A model generated the notes under the pieces. That model had not been told where the DNA came from. It saw only the letters and a program-made list of their open reading frames with translations, and made no database searches. Positions 37,901 through 49,022 of a DNA stretch of 64,000 bases are shown here, one piece after another (the stretch's first letter is position 1; every line of letters begins with the position of its first letter). Location of the stretch: positions 95,127,618-95,191,617 of the forward strand of contig NC_068981.1 of the NCBI RefSeq assembly GCF_001194135.2, written 5' to 3'. The position numbers and the translations under genes are program-made. The stretch comes from Octopus bimaculoides (taxonomy: Eukaryota).

Positions 37901-39075
37901 GCCAGGACGGTCGACCTCGATGTCAACAGGGAGAGCGTTCGGAAGGTAGTGAGGAATTGCAACTGGTGCCAATCCATCGACCCTACACCGAGTGCTCACG
38001 AAACAGGAAAGATTCGGGTGGAGGAAGACTGGAAGAGGCTAGCCATAGACCTGATACGCTATCGGGGAAAGGTTTCCAATGGTCGACTATTGGCCGGGGC
38101 AGATGACTCTATGGAGAGAGATCGGGGTAGAGGCTGCGGCCGAAATCGCAGAAGTTCTGAACGCAGTGTTTTTGGAAAGAGGGCCTGTAGATGAGTTTTT
38201 CGCTCAGAGAAGGTGAGGGAGATGTTCGAATGGTGAGACATAAAACGTTTCTTCAGAGTTGCATACAGGCCCGATGGAAATGGGATTGTGGAACGGCACC
38301 ATCGAACGGCTGAGAAGGGACTGAGAGGGGACGAATCTCCCCTATGGAGGCAGTCATCTGGTACAACATGTCGCCCAGGGCAGGGCAAATTGAAGAGTCA
38401 GTCCCGCCAAGGGCCATATTCCAGTACAAATGAATATACACGAGTGTGGTGCCACAACAGCCAGAGGTGGAAGGGTTCACATCTGTACAGGTCGGAGACG
38501 AAGTGTGGTTGAAGTCTCCGAATGCTCGGGGTACAACTTAGTGGGAGAAAGGAAGGATGACCGCGATCAGTACTCCGAATAATGTATCAGTGGATGCAAT
38601 GCCGCGTCACATTTTGGACATTTGAAAGGTGATTAGCTTTTTCGATGACGAAGGGGAGGGAGAGGTCGTCTTGTGACCCTGTTGAGATCTCAACGGGAAG
38701 GTCGCCCCGACCACAGGAGGATGGACGATTTCGAAACGGAATAGAGGAGCAGTGATTTTTTGATCAGGGATGAGGGACGTGTGGGGAGAAGGATGAGTGA
38801 CCGGAAGGGACGTCACGAAGGGACAGGAAGGGAGAGGAAATGACACCACGTCAAGAACCGGCGGGTTCAAACAACCTCTTTCTTACGGGTCTGTGGCGAG
38901 CGAGAGATCAGTGCTGCAAGCGATCGTAGAGTAGTAGTCTTTTCTGGCCAGAGGCTGGGGAGAGCTTATACTTGGATACAGCTGTGAGGTCTTGCTATTT
39001 TCCTGTGATCTGACGTTTCGAGGGATTGTCGCCGATTGCAATTCGAGGCAAGAGCAACCTTTATTTGTGCCGAAA
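34975..39075 (+). mobile_element. Near-complete degenerate Gypsy LTR retrotransposon
   Basis: LTR pieces at 34975-35137 and 38892-39075 (about 80% identical). gag from ATG 35228 (GDIVAW..VGLVAKMLGIEDVASF), protease VDTGCTT, RT VLDFRELS, DFKSAYLQL, FGLSSAPKI and YTDD, RNase H WCDASSVAL, integrase CNWCQSIDP and WKRLAID. Many stops and frameshifts. Confidence 0.9.
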
Positions 39076-39879
39076 CTCGGATTGTTTCGTCACAGTTTGT
39101 TTCAACTCTGCTTTCTTTGTTCCTATCAATTTACTTGTACCTCAGTACTCAGCAATTACTCTAACCTTATTTCTTTTATATATGAAAAATTATCTGAAGG
39201 TCACTTCAAACTGCAAGCGGTTCCCGATAGATGACATCATCTTTCAACCCTTTTCCTTCCTTATTTCCCGAACACAAACTTCTTCCAAGACTATGAAACT
39301 GAAAACGTCTACTAACCAGCAGCAATGTAAATGGAATATTATTTATACTACCTCTCTCAGTTAATTTGAGTCACTTTATCCTTCAGTTTTGGAGGCGTAA
39401 AATATGGCTGTGGGTGTAGCTCACTTCTCCTAAACTAACATAAAAAAGCTCTCTCGTCAGTATCGGTTACAATTGGAGTGGCATTTCGCTACCTAGCTGT
39501 CTAAACATAAATTCTTTACTACTTACATCAATAGATGTCCAATGAATTTTACAGTCGAAGCTTCACTTCTTTAGTTAGAGCATCATGGCAGAAATCCAAT
39601 TTTTTCTAAGCTTGCTAGATTTATCTGACATTTTCATTTGGTATCCTACTGTTTGAGATTCAACCCCCCCCCACCAAAAACAAAATAAAAAAAAACAATG
39701 TATAAATAATCGTCATTGTTTTCACTCTGCCAAAATGCTATCCTAAGTCACTGACACTATAAATGAAACTTGTTCAAATCTCTGATTCATTCACAAATGG
39801 CATCATCTCACACACCAATCCTTCTTTATTTTCTGTACACAAATTTCATCCAATCCGAACTACTTTTAGCAATTACTCG

Positions 39880-40470
39880 CGACTGGCACTCAGCTTGATA
39901 GCGACTGACTGCGCATCAGCGTTTCCCTGAAGCCTGGCCTCCAGATCTGTGAACCTCACAAATGTCGCTGCGGATACACTATGGATTCTTTCGACCTCCA
40001 CCTATTGTCATGCCATCATAGTGCTGGCCCCCTTCCACGTCATGCTGCTCTTAGCGAAATCATAAAGCATGGTCTAGACGCCGCAGGCTTCCCTCCCAGC
40101 TCGAGCCAGCGGGGCGAGTCCGAGGAGACGGTAAAAGGCATGACCGTATGACAACTTTCAATTTTCCCGATCAATGATGGTAGGCCCTTCATCTGGGATG
40201 TCACGTGCTGTCACATCTTCTTCAGCGGCAGCTTGGTGTGTTCAGCTAACAGCTCAGGCTCCGTTGCTCGTCAGGCTGAGAAAGGCAAACTATCAAAGTA
40301 TCGGTCACTCTCTGATAGGTTTATGGGCGAGCCTGTGACAGTGGAGACCACCGGCGTTCTCGGCCCCCAAGGATCGCTGTCCACAAGTGCAAGCCCCGTG
40401 AGTCAGAGTGGCTGTTCCAACGCTTTCCCACTCGCCTTTTCCATTACATCTGCTGGAACCATGAGGAGTC
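39880..40470 (+). mobile_element. CRE-clade RLE non-LTR C-terminal fragment
   Basis: LRISVSL..GLQICEPHKCRCG...HLLSCH..AG..PRHAALSEII, GDGKRHDRMT, WDVTC, AEKGKLSKY and PVTVETTGVLGP. Confidence 0.85.
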
Positions 40471-41134
40471 TGAATTGCAGGAAATTGAGAGAATATAACA
40501 ATAATATCTTGTCTTCCGAACTTTTCAATGATTTCAGGCATCAGTTTACTGCTTACTAACCGACTGATCAGACCAAGTCTATCTTTATTTTCATTCCTTT
40601 GGCTTAAAACGATGTCTTTTTTAGGGTGATGTACTGTTTTAATCCTATTATCCCATTCATATCTAGGATGTATTATATGAATCAACATCAAGACTTGACT
40701 GGTACTTGACTTCGAAGGAATTAAAAAGAAACGTATACTCGGTGGGATTTGAACTTGAGAACTTAAGAACCAACGATTTAACGATTTTGTCAATCCACCG
40801 TCTGAAGTCTTCGGTATTCTGTATGTATTTATTTTATGAATATAGGAACATGACGAAGGAGTATGGACACTGGGAAAAATCCTACATAAAATAACTGTTT
40901 TTTCTTTTGGGATTTTAAATATAAACATAAAAGAGTTATTTAAATATTAATTTTATCTTACACAAATTTAGATACTGTAAGCTTTACAATCGTATTAAAA
41001 TATATGAGTATTCGCAAAAATTACCTTAATTTTCTCATTAATGACTGAAAGAGCTATGCAGCTATAGGATTGGTCCGTTCTTTTGAAGCTAAATAAATTA
41101 TGCCTATAGTTATATGAAATTCTTTTCTACTCTA

Positions 41135-41240
41135 GGTATAAGGCCCGAAATTTTGGGGGAAGGGGGCCAGTTGATTAGATGGACCTCAGTACGCAACTGG
41201 TACTTAATTTATCGCTTGCAAAAGGATGAAGGGCAAAGTC
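41135..41240 (-). mobile_element. SINE family B 3' half
   Basis: Reverse complement of the TTTGCCCTTCATCC...GATAAATTAAGTACCAGTTGCGTACTGAGG tail. Confidence 0.7.
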
Positions 41241-42574
41241 CTCTTAACCCTTGACGTCAGGACGAAGTAGTCCTCCAGGTGGGGCCACGGGTTCTGAGAC
41301 TCCTGGCTCTCAACCTGAGCGACCTCTGTCTTACCCACAGCCGTTGCAGAATTCTCAACAGGCCCTTCTTCTTCAAGCCGAATAAAAACGTTTTCACCTT
41401 CGATAACGATAAGCGATAACGGATCTTTCTGATTTGACGGGCAACACTTTTCATTACTGTTTTATGTAGTATTTTTGGTACCGAAACACTTTCAAACTTC
41501 GTATACTTGTATATTTTGTGTTATAGAACAGATAAACATTTTTGTATTCGAAGTTATTTCATGTAAAAAATTGTATTTCGGTAATTTCAACCAATCACTG
41601 ACGTCTATTGAGGTGAAAACATGGAATGTAAACAACGGTGTCATGGGATCTTTTCCCTTAAATAAAATTAGTGCCGTTGTTTGTCAACAACAATTACCCG
41701 TGTTAATCTTATTTATGACATCGTTCGTGCGTTTGTACTGGTTTTAGCTTTTGGGTTTTAGGGTTAGGGTTCGGGTTTTAGAGTTAGGGTTAGTTTTAGG
41801 ATTACGGTTAGGGTTGTGATTATTTTTGCCATAACCTCACTCATAACCCTAACCCTAACACTAAAACCCTATAACTCATAACCATAACCCTAACCCTAAC
41901 CCCAACCCTAACCCTAACTCTAAAACCCGAACCCTGACCCTAAACCCTTACTAGGGAATAATGATACAATTAAACAGGGAATAACACTCTTGACACCGGT
42001 AAAAATTATTGTTTATAAAAAGAGCAGTAACTGTATTCAGTTGAATAGACGTCAGTGATTGGTTGAAATTACAGAAATACGACAACTTTAACATGAAATA
42101 ACTTGCAATATATAAATTTTTGTTAAGAAAGCTAAGGGTAAAAGATGTTTTATATGACACATTCTACCAGTATCCCAAGTTTGAAAGTGTTTCGTTAAGA
42201 AAACAAGTGTTGCCCGTCAAATCAGAAAGATCCGCGATAACTTGATAAGCCGATAACGTACACTGCTGTCGTTGACACTGTAAGACTGTCTGTAATGTGA
42301 CAATGTCGTAAGTGAACACAACTAAAAATTGCAGTATTACCCAATGTTGCTCGGCTAGCTGCCGCGTCGAGTAGTCACGTCTCGTCACGTGTACGCGTAG
42401 TCTGCCAATAGCGTGCTTGACGGACTCTTCGAGACGCACTCACAACAGACAGGAACAAACGTATGAATTTTGTTAGCGGACTTAAAGTTAGCAGAACTAA
42501 ACTTAACGGAAGCTAATTGGTCCACTAACGGTCTCCAAAGTTAGCGAAAACACTAATCCGCTAAACGAAAAGTT
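41236..42574 (-). mobile_element. hAT transposon 5' portion, interrupted by a telomeric foldback element
   Basis: Minus strand encodes EEEGPVEN...QNPWPHLEDYFV, typical of a hAT BED-finger N-terminus. TTAGC-rich subterminal repeats at 42470-42574; matches 49643-49974. Confidence 0.7.
41421..42233. mobile_element. Complete telomeric-repeat foldback element (Merlin-like termini), 813 bp
   Basis: Perfect 29-bp TIR GGATCTTTCTGATTTGACGGGCAACACTT and perfect 8-bp TSD GCGATAAC. Central (TTAGGG)-like / (CCCTAA)-like arrays at about 41745-41950. Confidence 0.9.
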
Positions 42575-42738
42575 CTTCCTCGTAGACTTTTGAAAGACTG
42601 TTACTATGGCAACAGGCAAAAGAGTTCTTGTTACTATCGAAACAGACATGTATGTGGCTAAAATTACCAAAATGTTCAAACTTTCCTTATTACTCTATTT
42701 ATTGATATCGTAGCGAAAATTACTTTCACGTTATTGTG

Positions 42739-43087
42739 TGTTGGCACTCCGTCGCTTACGACGTTGAGGGTTCCAGTTGATCCGATCAACGGAACAGCCT
42801 GCTCGTGAAATTAACGTGCAAGTGACTGAGCGCTCCACAGACACGTGTATCCTTAACGTAGTTCTCGGGGATATTCAACGTGACAAGGCTGACCCTTTGA
42901 ATTACAGGCACAACAGAAACAGGAAGTAAGAGTGAGAGAAAGTTGCAGTGAAAGAGTACAGCAGGAGCCTCGTGGCGCTTTTGATGCTTTCGCTCAATAA
43001 ACACTCACAGCGCCTGGTCTGAGAATCGAAACCGCGATCCTATGACCGCGAGTCCACTGCCCTAACCACTGGGCCATTGCGACTCCC
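42739..43087 (-). mobile_element. SINE family C
   Basis: Reverse complement of the GCAATGGCCCAGTGGTTAGGGCAG head and GTGCCAACA tail. Confidence 0.9.
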
Positions 43088-43264
43088 ATACCTGGATACA
43101 ACTCACTAAACAAGAACTCCCTACCATAAAACTTTACTTAAAAAAGATTTTGATAATTCTGTCAGATGGTGCTATTACGGCCTGGACCATTCTTTGGTAA
43201 AATCTATGATTAATGATTGAACTACTAATATTTCTGTCATTTAATTGAAGAAAAAAAAGGGGTT

Positions 43265-44939
43265 TAACATCACTCAGAAAGTATTGAGTCCCTCTTTAAG
43301 AAGTTATTAAACCTCTCAAGAACGATCTTCAATGGATTTCTCATATTCGTTGAAGGCGGAGGAACGAACGATTAAGGAAATCCTGCTTCACGCTCAGGAC
43401 CCAATACGATCTCACATCATCGTGATGTTGTTGATCCGCTCAATAGAATCGGATACCGTTGCGACACATACTTAAGAAATGATCCTTAAAAGCATGGTCT
43501 TATTTACCTTTGGTTAGCCAGCAAAATAATATACGTATGCTCCATACAATTATGTAGTGGTGCTAGAGAATACCTAAAACAAGTTAATTAATAATGATCT
43601 GAAGAAAATTTAAGCCACTCTATATATTATCATTAATAATTTTATTCTAAATTGTTCTACATCTTAAAATTGGGAAAATACATTTGATTTAATATTTAGA
43701 AACTGGTTTGTATAAGATGTTTTTGTTAAATTGTGCGATAACATCATCAGCTGATTCTAACATCCGGTTTTGTATTTGACATGCGTTTACCTGTATTAAT
43801 GTGGAGGCGCAATGGCCCAGTGGTTAGGGCAGCGGACTCGCGGTCATAGGATCGTGGTTTCGATTCCCAGACCGGGCGTTGTGAGTGTTTATTGAGCGAA
43901 AACACCTAAAAAAGCTCCACGAGGCTCCGGCAGGGGATGGTGGCGAACCCTGCTGTACTCTTTCACCACAACTTTCTCTCACTCTTACTTCCTGTTCCTG
44001 TTGTACCTGTATTTCAAAGGGTCAGCCTTGTCACACTGTGTCACGCTGAATATCCCCGAGAACTGCATTAAGGGTACACGTGTCTGTGGAATGCCCAGCC
44101 ACTTGCACGTTAATTTGACGAGCAGGCTGTTCCGTTGATTGGATCGACTGGAACCCTCGAGGTCATAAGCGACAGAGTGCCAACAACAACAACAAACCTG
44201 TATTAATGTTGACATATTTTGTTTACAGCTTGTTTAGTGGTTAGTAGTGGTGGCGGCGGCAGCAGCAGCAACAGCAGTAGTAGATAGAGAAAATCCTGCT
44301 TCACGCTCAGGACCCAATATCAGCTGGTAGATATACTTAGTCATGTCCTTTGATTAATTTTAATCTTTCAGTTATTTAATGCTTTTTGGGGCCTGCAATT
44401 CATTGTGAATATGCTAGGGATACCTTACTGAAAGGTTCTCAACATTTTTTTTTCTATTGCTTATGAACCCCAACCGTTATCGTTATTCGACGTTTTTAAT
44501 CCTATTTCATTTTTATTAGTTATTCTTAAAAAAACTGGAATACTTTGATTGTAAAAGTAGAAGCTATGTTATTGTGTTGCACCCACTGGTTTAGTCGAAC
44601 AAACCGAGGCTAATATTTTCATCCGTTACAGCGAAGAGATATCTAGAACCGAAATTCACAATCCCTACTAAACGAGAAAAAAAATCTATTGTGAATTTAG
44701 TAAAAATAACATCACTCAGAAAGTATTGAGTCCCTCTTGAGAAGTTATTAAACCTCTCAAGAACGATCTTCAATGGATTTCTCACATTCGTTGAAGGCGG
44801 AGGAACGAACGATTATGAAAAGCCTGCTTCACGCTCAGGACCCAATACGATCTCACATCATCGTGATGTTGTTGATCCGCTCAATAGAATCGGATACCGT
44901 TGCGACACATACTCAAGAAATGATCCTTAAAAGCATGGT
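43265..44939 (+). repeat. Direct repeat pair of a 234-bp module (43265-43498, 44707-44939)
   Basis: About 7 differences; a third 30-bp piece lies at 44289-44319. Confidence 0.9.
43803..44195 (+). mobile_element. Full-length SINE family C with 14-bp TSD
   Basis: TSD ACCTGTATTAATGT (43789-43802, 44196-44209), tRNA-Arg-like head and (AAC)n tail. Confidence 0.95.
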
Positions 44940-45282
44940 TTTAACTCCTAACAGCTACCTAGCAACTTGATATACACATGGCTGCTACAATCCTGTAGTG
45001 ATTTCACAAAATATATTTCACAAATTAATTAATTGCTCTTTGAAGTTTCTCAGGCCCCCAACATTTAGAAGACCTTTCTAAAGATATTCTAAAAGTGTCC
45101 TATATCTTATTTAGAAAATACATTCGATTTAATAGGTATAAACTGATTTGTATAAAGTTCATATTTGTAGTGTCATCAGCTGTTTATCACATCCGGTTTT
45201 GTATTTGACATGCGTCGTTACTCTACGTTCGACGCATTATATATCCTATATTCAATGTTATTCTCAAGTTTTAATATTGGTT

Positions 45283-45495
45283 TCAAATCTTGGCACAAGG
45301 CCAACAAATTTCGGTGGAGGAACTAAGTCGATTACATCGACCCCAGTATTCAAGTGGTACTTCTTTTATTGACTCCGAAACGATGAAAAGTAAAATCAAA
45401 CTTGACGGAATTTGAACTCAGAATGTAAAGACGGACGAAATGCCGCTAAGCATTTGGCATGGCATGCTAACGATTCTGCCATTTCGCCGCCTTTC
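45283..45495 (-). mobile_element. SINE family B
   Basis: Reverse complement of the head (CTAACGATTCTGCCATTTCGCCGCC) and B-box (GAATTTGAACTC). Confidence 0.85.
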
Positions 45496-45662
45496 TCAGT
45501 GTTAATATAATTCGTTATCAGCGACGGAAGTAGCAATCTGTATATCTTCCGTAACGTGGATATACTGTCAAGAAGGTCGCGACACAGCGGTATTCGCCTT
45601 GATACAGCATCTCTTCACCTAAATTCTCAAAAAGTTAACTTTGCTTTCATTTTACCTGTTAT

Positions 45663-46489
45663 AGGGCTTTCCTATAAGGTGTTATCCACCCCTGATTGGA
45701 AGTCTCCCGTATGACATGTACGCATGCTCAGTGACTTGCTTTAACAGTTGCAATCAGCTGAATGCACATTGCCAGTGACATTTGACATAATTACCCACAC
45801 TCTGTGGTCAGGATTCTTTTTTTGGTTTGATGTCGGTATCGAAGGGATTACCAGACACCGGACAATACAGTGAGAGCAGCTTTCACTCACATCGTGGTAT
45901 TCAATGCTGTGTACGTGTCTGTCGTGGTAAAATATGCCACTCCTTAACTGTTGCTTTGCTTTCATCCGTAGCACGAGGTAATTATGTCATTATCTGTGAA
46001 ATTCGGCAACTTACAAAGATCTTTAGATCAGGCAATACTTCACCGAGAGGAGATNNNNNNNNNNNNNNNNNNNNNNNNNNNNNNNNNNNNNNNNNNNNNN
46101 NNNNNNNNNNNNNNNNNNNNNNNNNNNNNNNNNNNNNNNNNNNNNNNNNNNNNNNNNNNNNNNNNNNNNNNNNNNNNNNNNNNNNNNNNNNNNNNNNNNN
46201 NNNNNNNNNNNNNNNNNNNNNNNNNNNNNNNNNNNNNNNNNNNNTTTTATACCTTTCAACCTTTCAATCAAGTCCACCTTTCTTCCAGTAACATACTGTC
46301 CATATAATCTTAAATATTTCTTTAACTCAGGCACAGTAAGTACTTCGATAGCTGAATCATCAAGCTGCTTTATATCCATAAGACAAGACGTAAAACAATA
46401 ACAATGGCGTGGGTTAGCCTCCGGAAGTTTAATTATCTACATGGAGCGCCGCCTAGCCAAGGGAGATAACCTACTTATAGGAAAGCCCT
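45663..46489 (-). mobile_element. TIR DNA transposon derivative encoding a SAP/SWIM-like protein (ISL2EU/PHIS-like)
   Basis: TIR AGGGCTTTCCTATAAG (perfect at both ends, extended by GTTATC) with AT|...|AT flanks. Confidence 0.8.
45741..46379 (-). pseudogene. Truncated SAP-domain plus pre-SWIM zinc-finger ORF
   Basis: MDIKQLDDSAIEVLTVPELKKYLRLYGQYVTGRKVDLIERLKG fits the SAP consensus. After a 190-N gap come DLCKLPNFTDNDII and ...DHRVWVIMSNVTGNVHSADCNC*, the CxC start of a SWIM finger. Confidence 0.7.
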
Positions 46490-46492
46490 ATA

Positions 46493-46860
46493 GTCATTAG
46501 ACTCTGGCCATGCTGGGGCACCGCCTTGAAGAATTTTAGTCGAACCAATCGACCCCAAAATGAATTTTACTTATTTTAAGCCTGCTACTTAATTCTATCG
46601 GTTTCTTTTGCCGAACCGCTAGGTTACGCGAACGTCAACACGCCGACCCTGGTTTTCAAGCGGTGATGGGGAACAAACACAGATACACACACACACACAT
46701 ACGGCGGGCTTCTTTCAGTTTCTGTCTACCAAGTCGACTTCAGGCTTTGGTCGACCTGAGGCTGTAGAAGAAAAATTGTCGAAGGTACCACGTAGTGGGA
46801 CTGAACTCGGAACCATGTGGTTGGGTAGCAAAATTCATACCACAAAGTCACGCATGCGCC
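46493..46860 (-). mobile_element. SINE family A
   Basis: Reverse complement of the tail and head around a (CA)n centre. Confidence 0.85.
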
Positions 46861-47704
46861 TTCCCTCACCTATTGTCTTTCAAATGGAGTCACGCTGACA
46901 AAGACTCAAGTAAGTGTCTTTCTCTCCTCTTCTCTCCCGTTCTGTCTGTTCTCTCATTTGATGTCGCTAAAGTTGTCAGTTTTCACCAGCACTTTTATGA
47001 GTTTCTCTGGCAAAGATGAATAAAATAGAGAATGATATGCTGCCCCAGTATGGCCAAGGTCCAATAACCGAAATCAGTAAAAGACAGACGTATTCACACA
47101 TGTGCGTATATATAAAAATTTACACCCGCGCACTCACATTTATTCACATGCATGTTTTCGAACAGACACACACAGACACACACACTCAGACATACATACT
47201 GGAACATTTATACACATACAAACTACACAGTCGCCCACACGCATGTATGCACATGTAATACATGCGCATATATTACACACGACATACGCACATTTATTCA
47301 CACGTTCTCGGACATATTTTTGCGCACACACATACGCACCTGTATGTTTGCACTAGTGCGTCTGCACACGCTCAGAATTAAATTTCTAAAATACTTCAAA
47401 TTTTTTTAAAAATTCTTTATTACAAAAGTCTGGTTTCTGGTTGGAACCCCCAGGTTTCCTGCACTGAAAGAGCCTGGTTAAGAGTCTATACGGTTACGTG
47501 ACAAAGCCCGCACACCTTGCAACTATGTTATGACACCAACCAGCATGTTGCAGAGGGTGTTTGAAAACTCAAAGGTTCATAAAACCGACAAAAGAAAAGT
47601 ATTAAATACAAATGGTATATGTGATGCAAATGTTTACAATGTACAAATGAATGTAGCCTGTATAGAATCGAGAAACTACCTTCCTCTGTTGGTGTCCGAC
47701 CTAA

Positions 47705-48537
47705 TATTATTATTAAGATAGCGCTGCCATGTCTTGTGCAGGCTAACAACAACGAAGCACCCAAGAACAGTGATTCGCTGGGTACCATAGACATATGGGT
47801 TCAGCACGAACAACCAACACATAATCTAGGGAGATACTATTATAAAGATTGTGCTGCCCTGTCTTGTGCAGGCTAGCAATAACGAAGCACCCAAGAACAG
47901 TGATTCGCAGGGTACCATACACATATGGGTTCAGCACGAACAACCGACACATAATCTAGAGAGGTACTATTATTAAGATAGTGCTGCCCTGACTTGTGCA
48001 GGATAACAACAACGAAGCACCCAAGGGCAGTGATTCGCTGGGTACCATACACATATGGGTTCAGCACGAGCAACCGAAACATAATCTAGGGAGGTACTAT
48101 CATTATGATAGTGCTGTCCTGTCTTGTGCAGGCTAACAACAACGAAGCACCCAAGGGCAGTGATTCGCTGGGTACCATACACATATGGGTTCAGCACGAG
48201 CAATCGACACGTAGTCTAGGGAGGTACTATCATTAAGATTGTGCTGCCCTGTCTTGTGCAGGCTAACAACAACGAAGCACCCAAGGGCAGTGATTCGCTG
48301 GGTACCATACACATATGTGTTCAGCACGAACAACCGACACATAAACTAGGGAGGTACTATTATTAAGATAGTGCTGCCGTGTCTTGTGCAGGCTAACAAC
48401 AACGAAGCACCCAAGAACAGTGATTCGCTNNNNNNNNNNNNNNNNNNNNNNNNNNNNNNNNNNNNNNNNNNNNNNNNNNNNNNNNNNNNNNNNNNNNNNN
48501 NNNNNNNNNNNNNNNNNNNNNNNNNNNNNCTGGGTAC
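47705..48537. repeat. 130-bp tandem array (at least 5.6 units; continues into a 100-N gap)
   Basis: GTCTTGTGCA anchor at 47731, 47861, 47991, 48121, 48251 and 48381. No indels in the full units; about 90% unit identity by eye. Confidence 0.95.
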
Positions 48538-48685
48538 AGGACATTGCAAACAAAACGTAGACAAAATAATAATAATAATAATAACCAGTGGGTTTCCCGT
48601 CAATAAAGGGTTTAGCTTTATGGCGTATCGTCAGACCCCAAAACCTGTTGGCCTAAGACGGCTTAAAGAAGTGCTTCTTCTCCGC

Positions 48686-48746
48686 ATTTATGTTTTCTAC
48701 AAACGATATATATATATATATATATCGTTTGTAGAAATACATAAAT
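48686..48746. repeat. 61-bp palindrome centred on (TA)n
   Basis: ATTTATGTTTTCTACAAACGA-(TA)n-TCGTTTGTAGAAATACATAAAT. Confidence 0.9.
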
Positions 48747-48797
48747 CCGGGAGGCGCCGTACCCCACTATATTACATTTTACTTTTGAAAATCTTTT

Positions 48798-49022
48798 GGA
48801 TCTTTCTGATTTGACGGGCAACACTTTTCATTAATGTTCTATGTAGTGTTTTTGGTACCGAAACACTTTCAAACTTCGTATACTTGTATATTTTGTGTTA
48901 TAGAACAGATAAAAAATTTTTGTATTCGAAGTTATTTCATGTAAAAAAATTGTCGTATTTCGATAATTTCAACCAATCACTGACATCTATTGAGGTGAAA
49001 ACAATTACTGCCGTGGAATGTA
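48798..49022. mobile_element. Telomeric foldback family, left arm (rest probably in the 620-N gap)
   Basis: Starts GGATCTTTCTGATTTGACGGGCAACAC and is closely similar to 41421-41630. Confidence 0.9.

Noticed and set aside
41745-41950. Ancestral telomere-telomere fusion site
   Set aside because: The head-to-head repeats lie inside a TIR element with a TSD and recur in other copies.
43803-43880. tRNA-Arg-like gene (TCG anticodon-like loop); also at 14584 and 43087
   Set aside because: It has A/B boxes but no acceptor stem, and continues into a 390-bp body with a tail and TSD, so it is a SINE head.
47705-48537. CRISPR-like array
   Set aside because: Whole units are repeated with no unique spacers and no cas genes; the context is eukaryotic.
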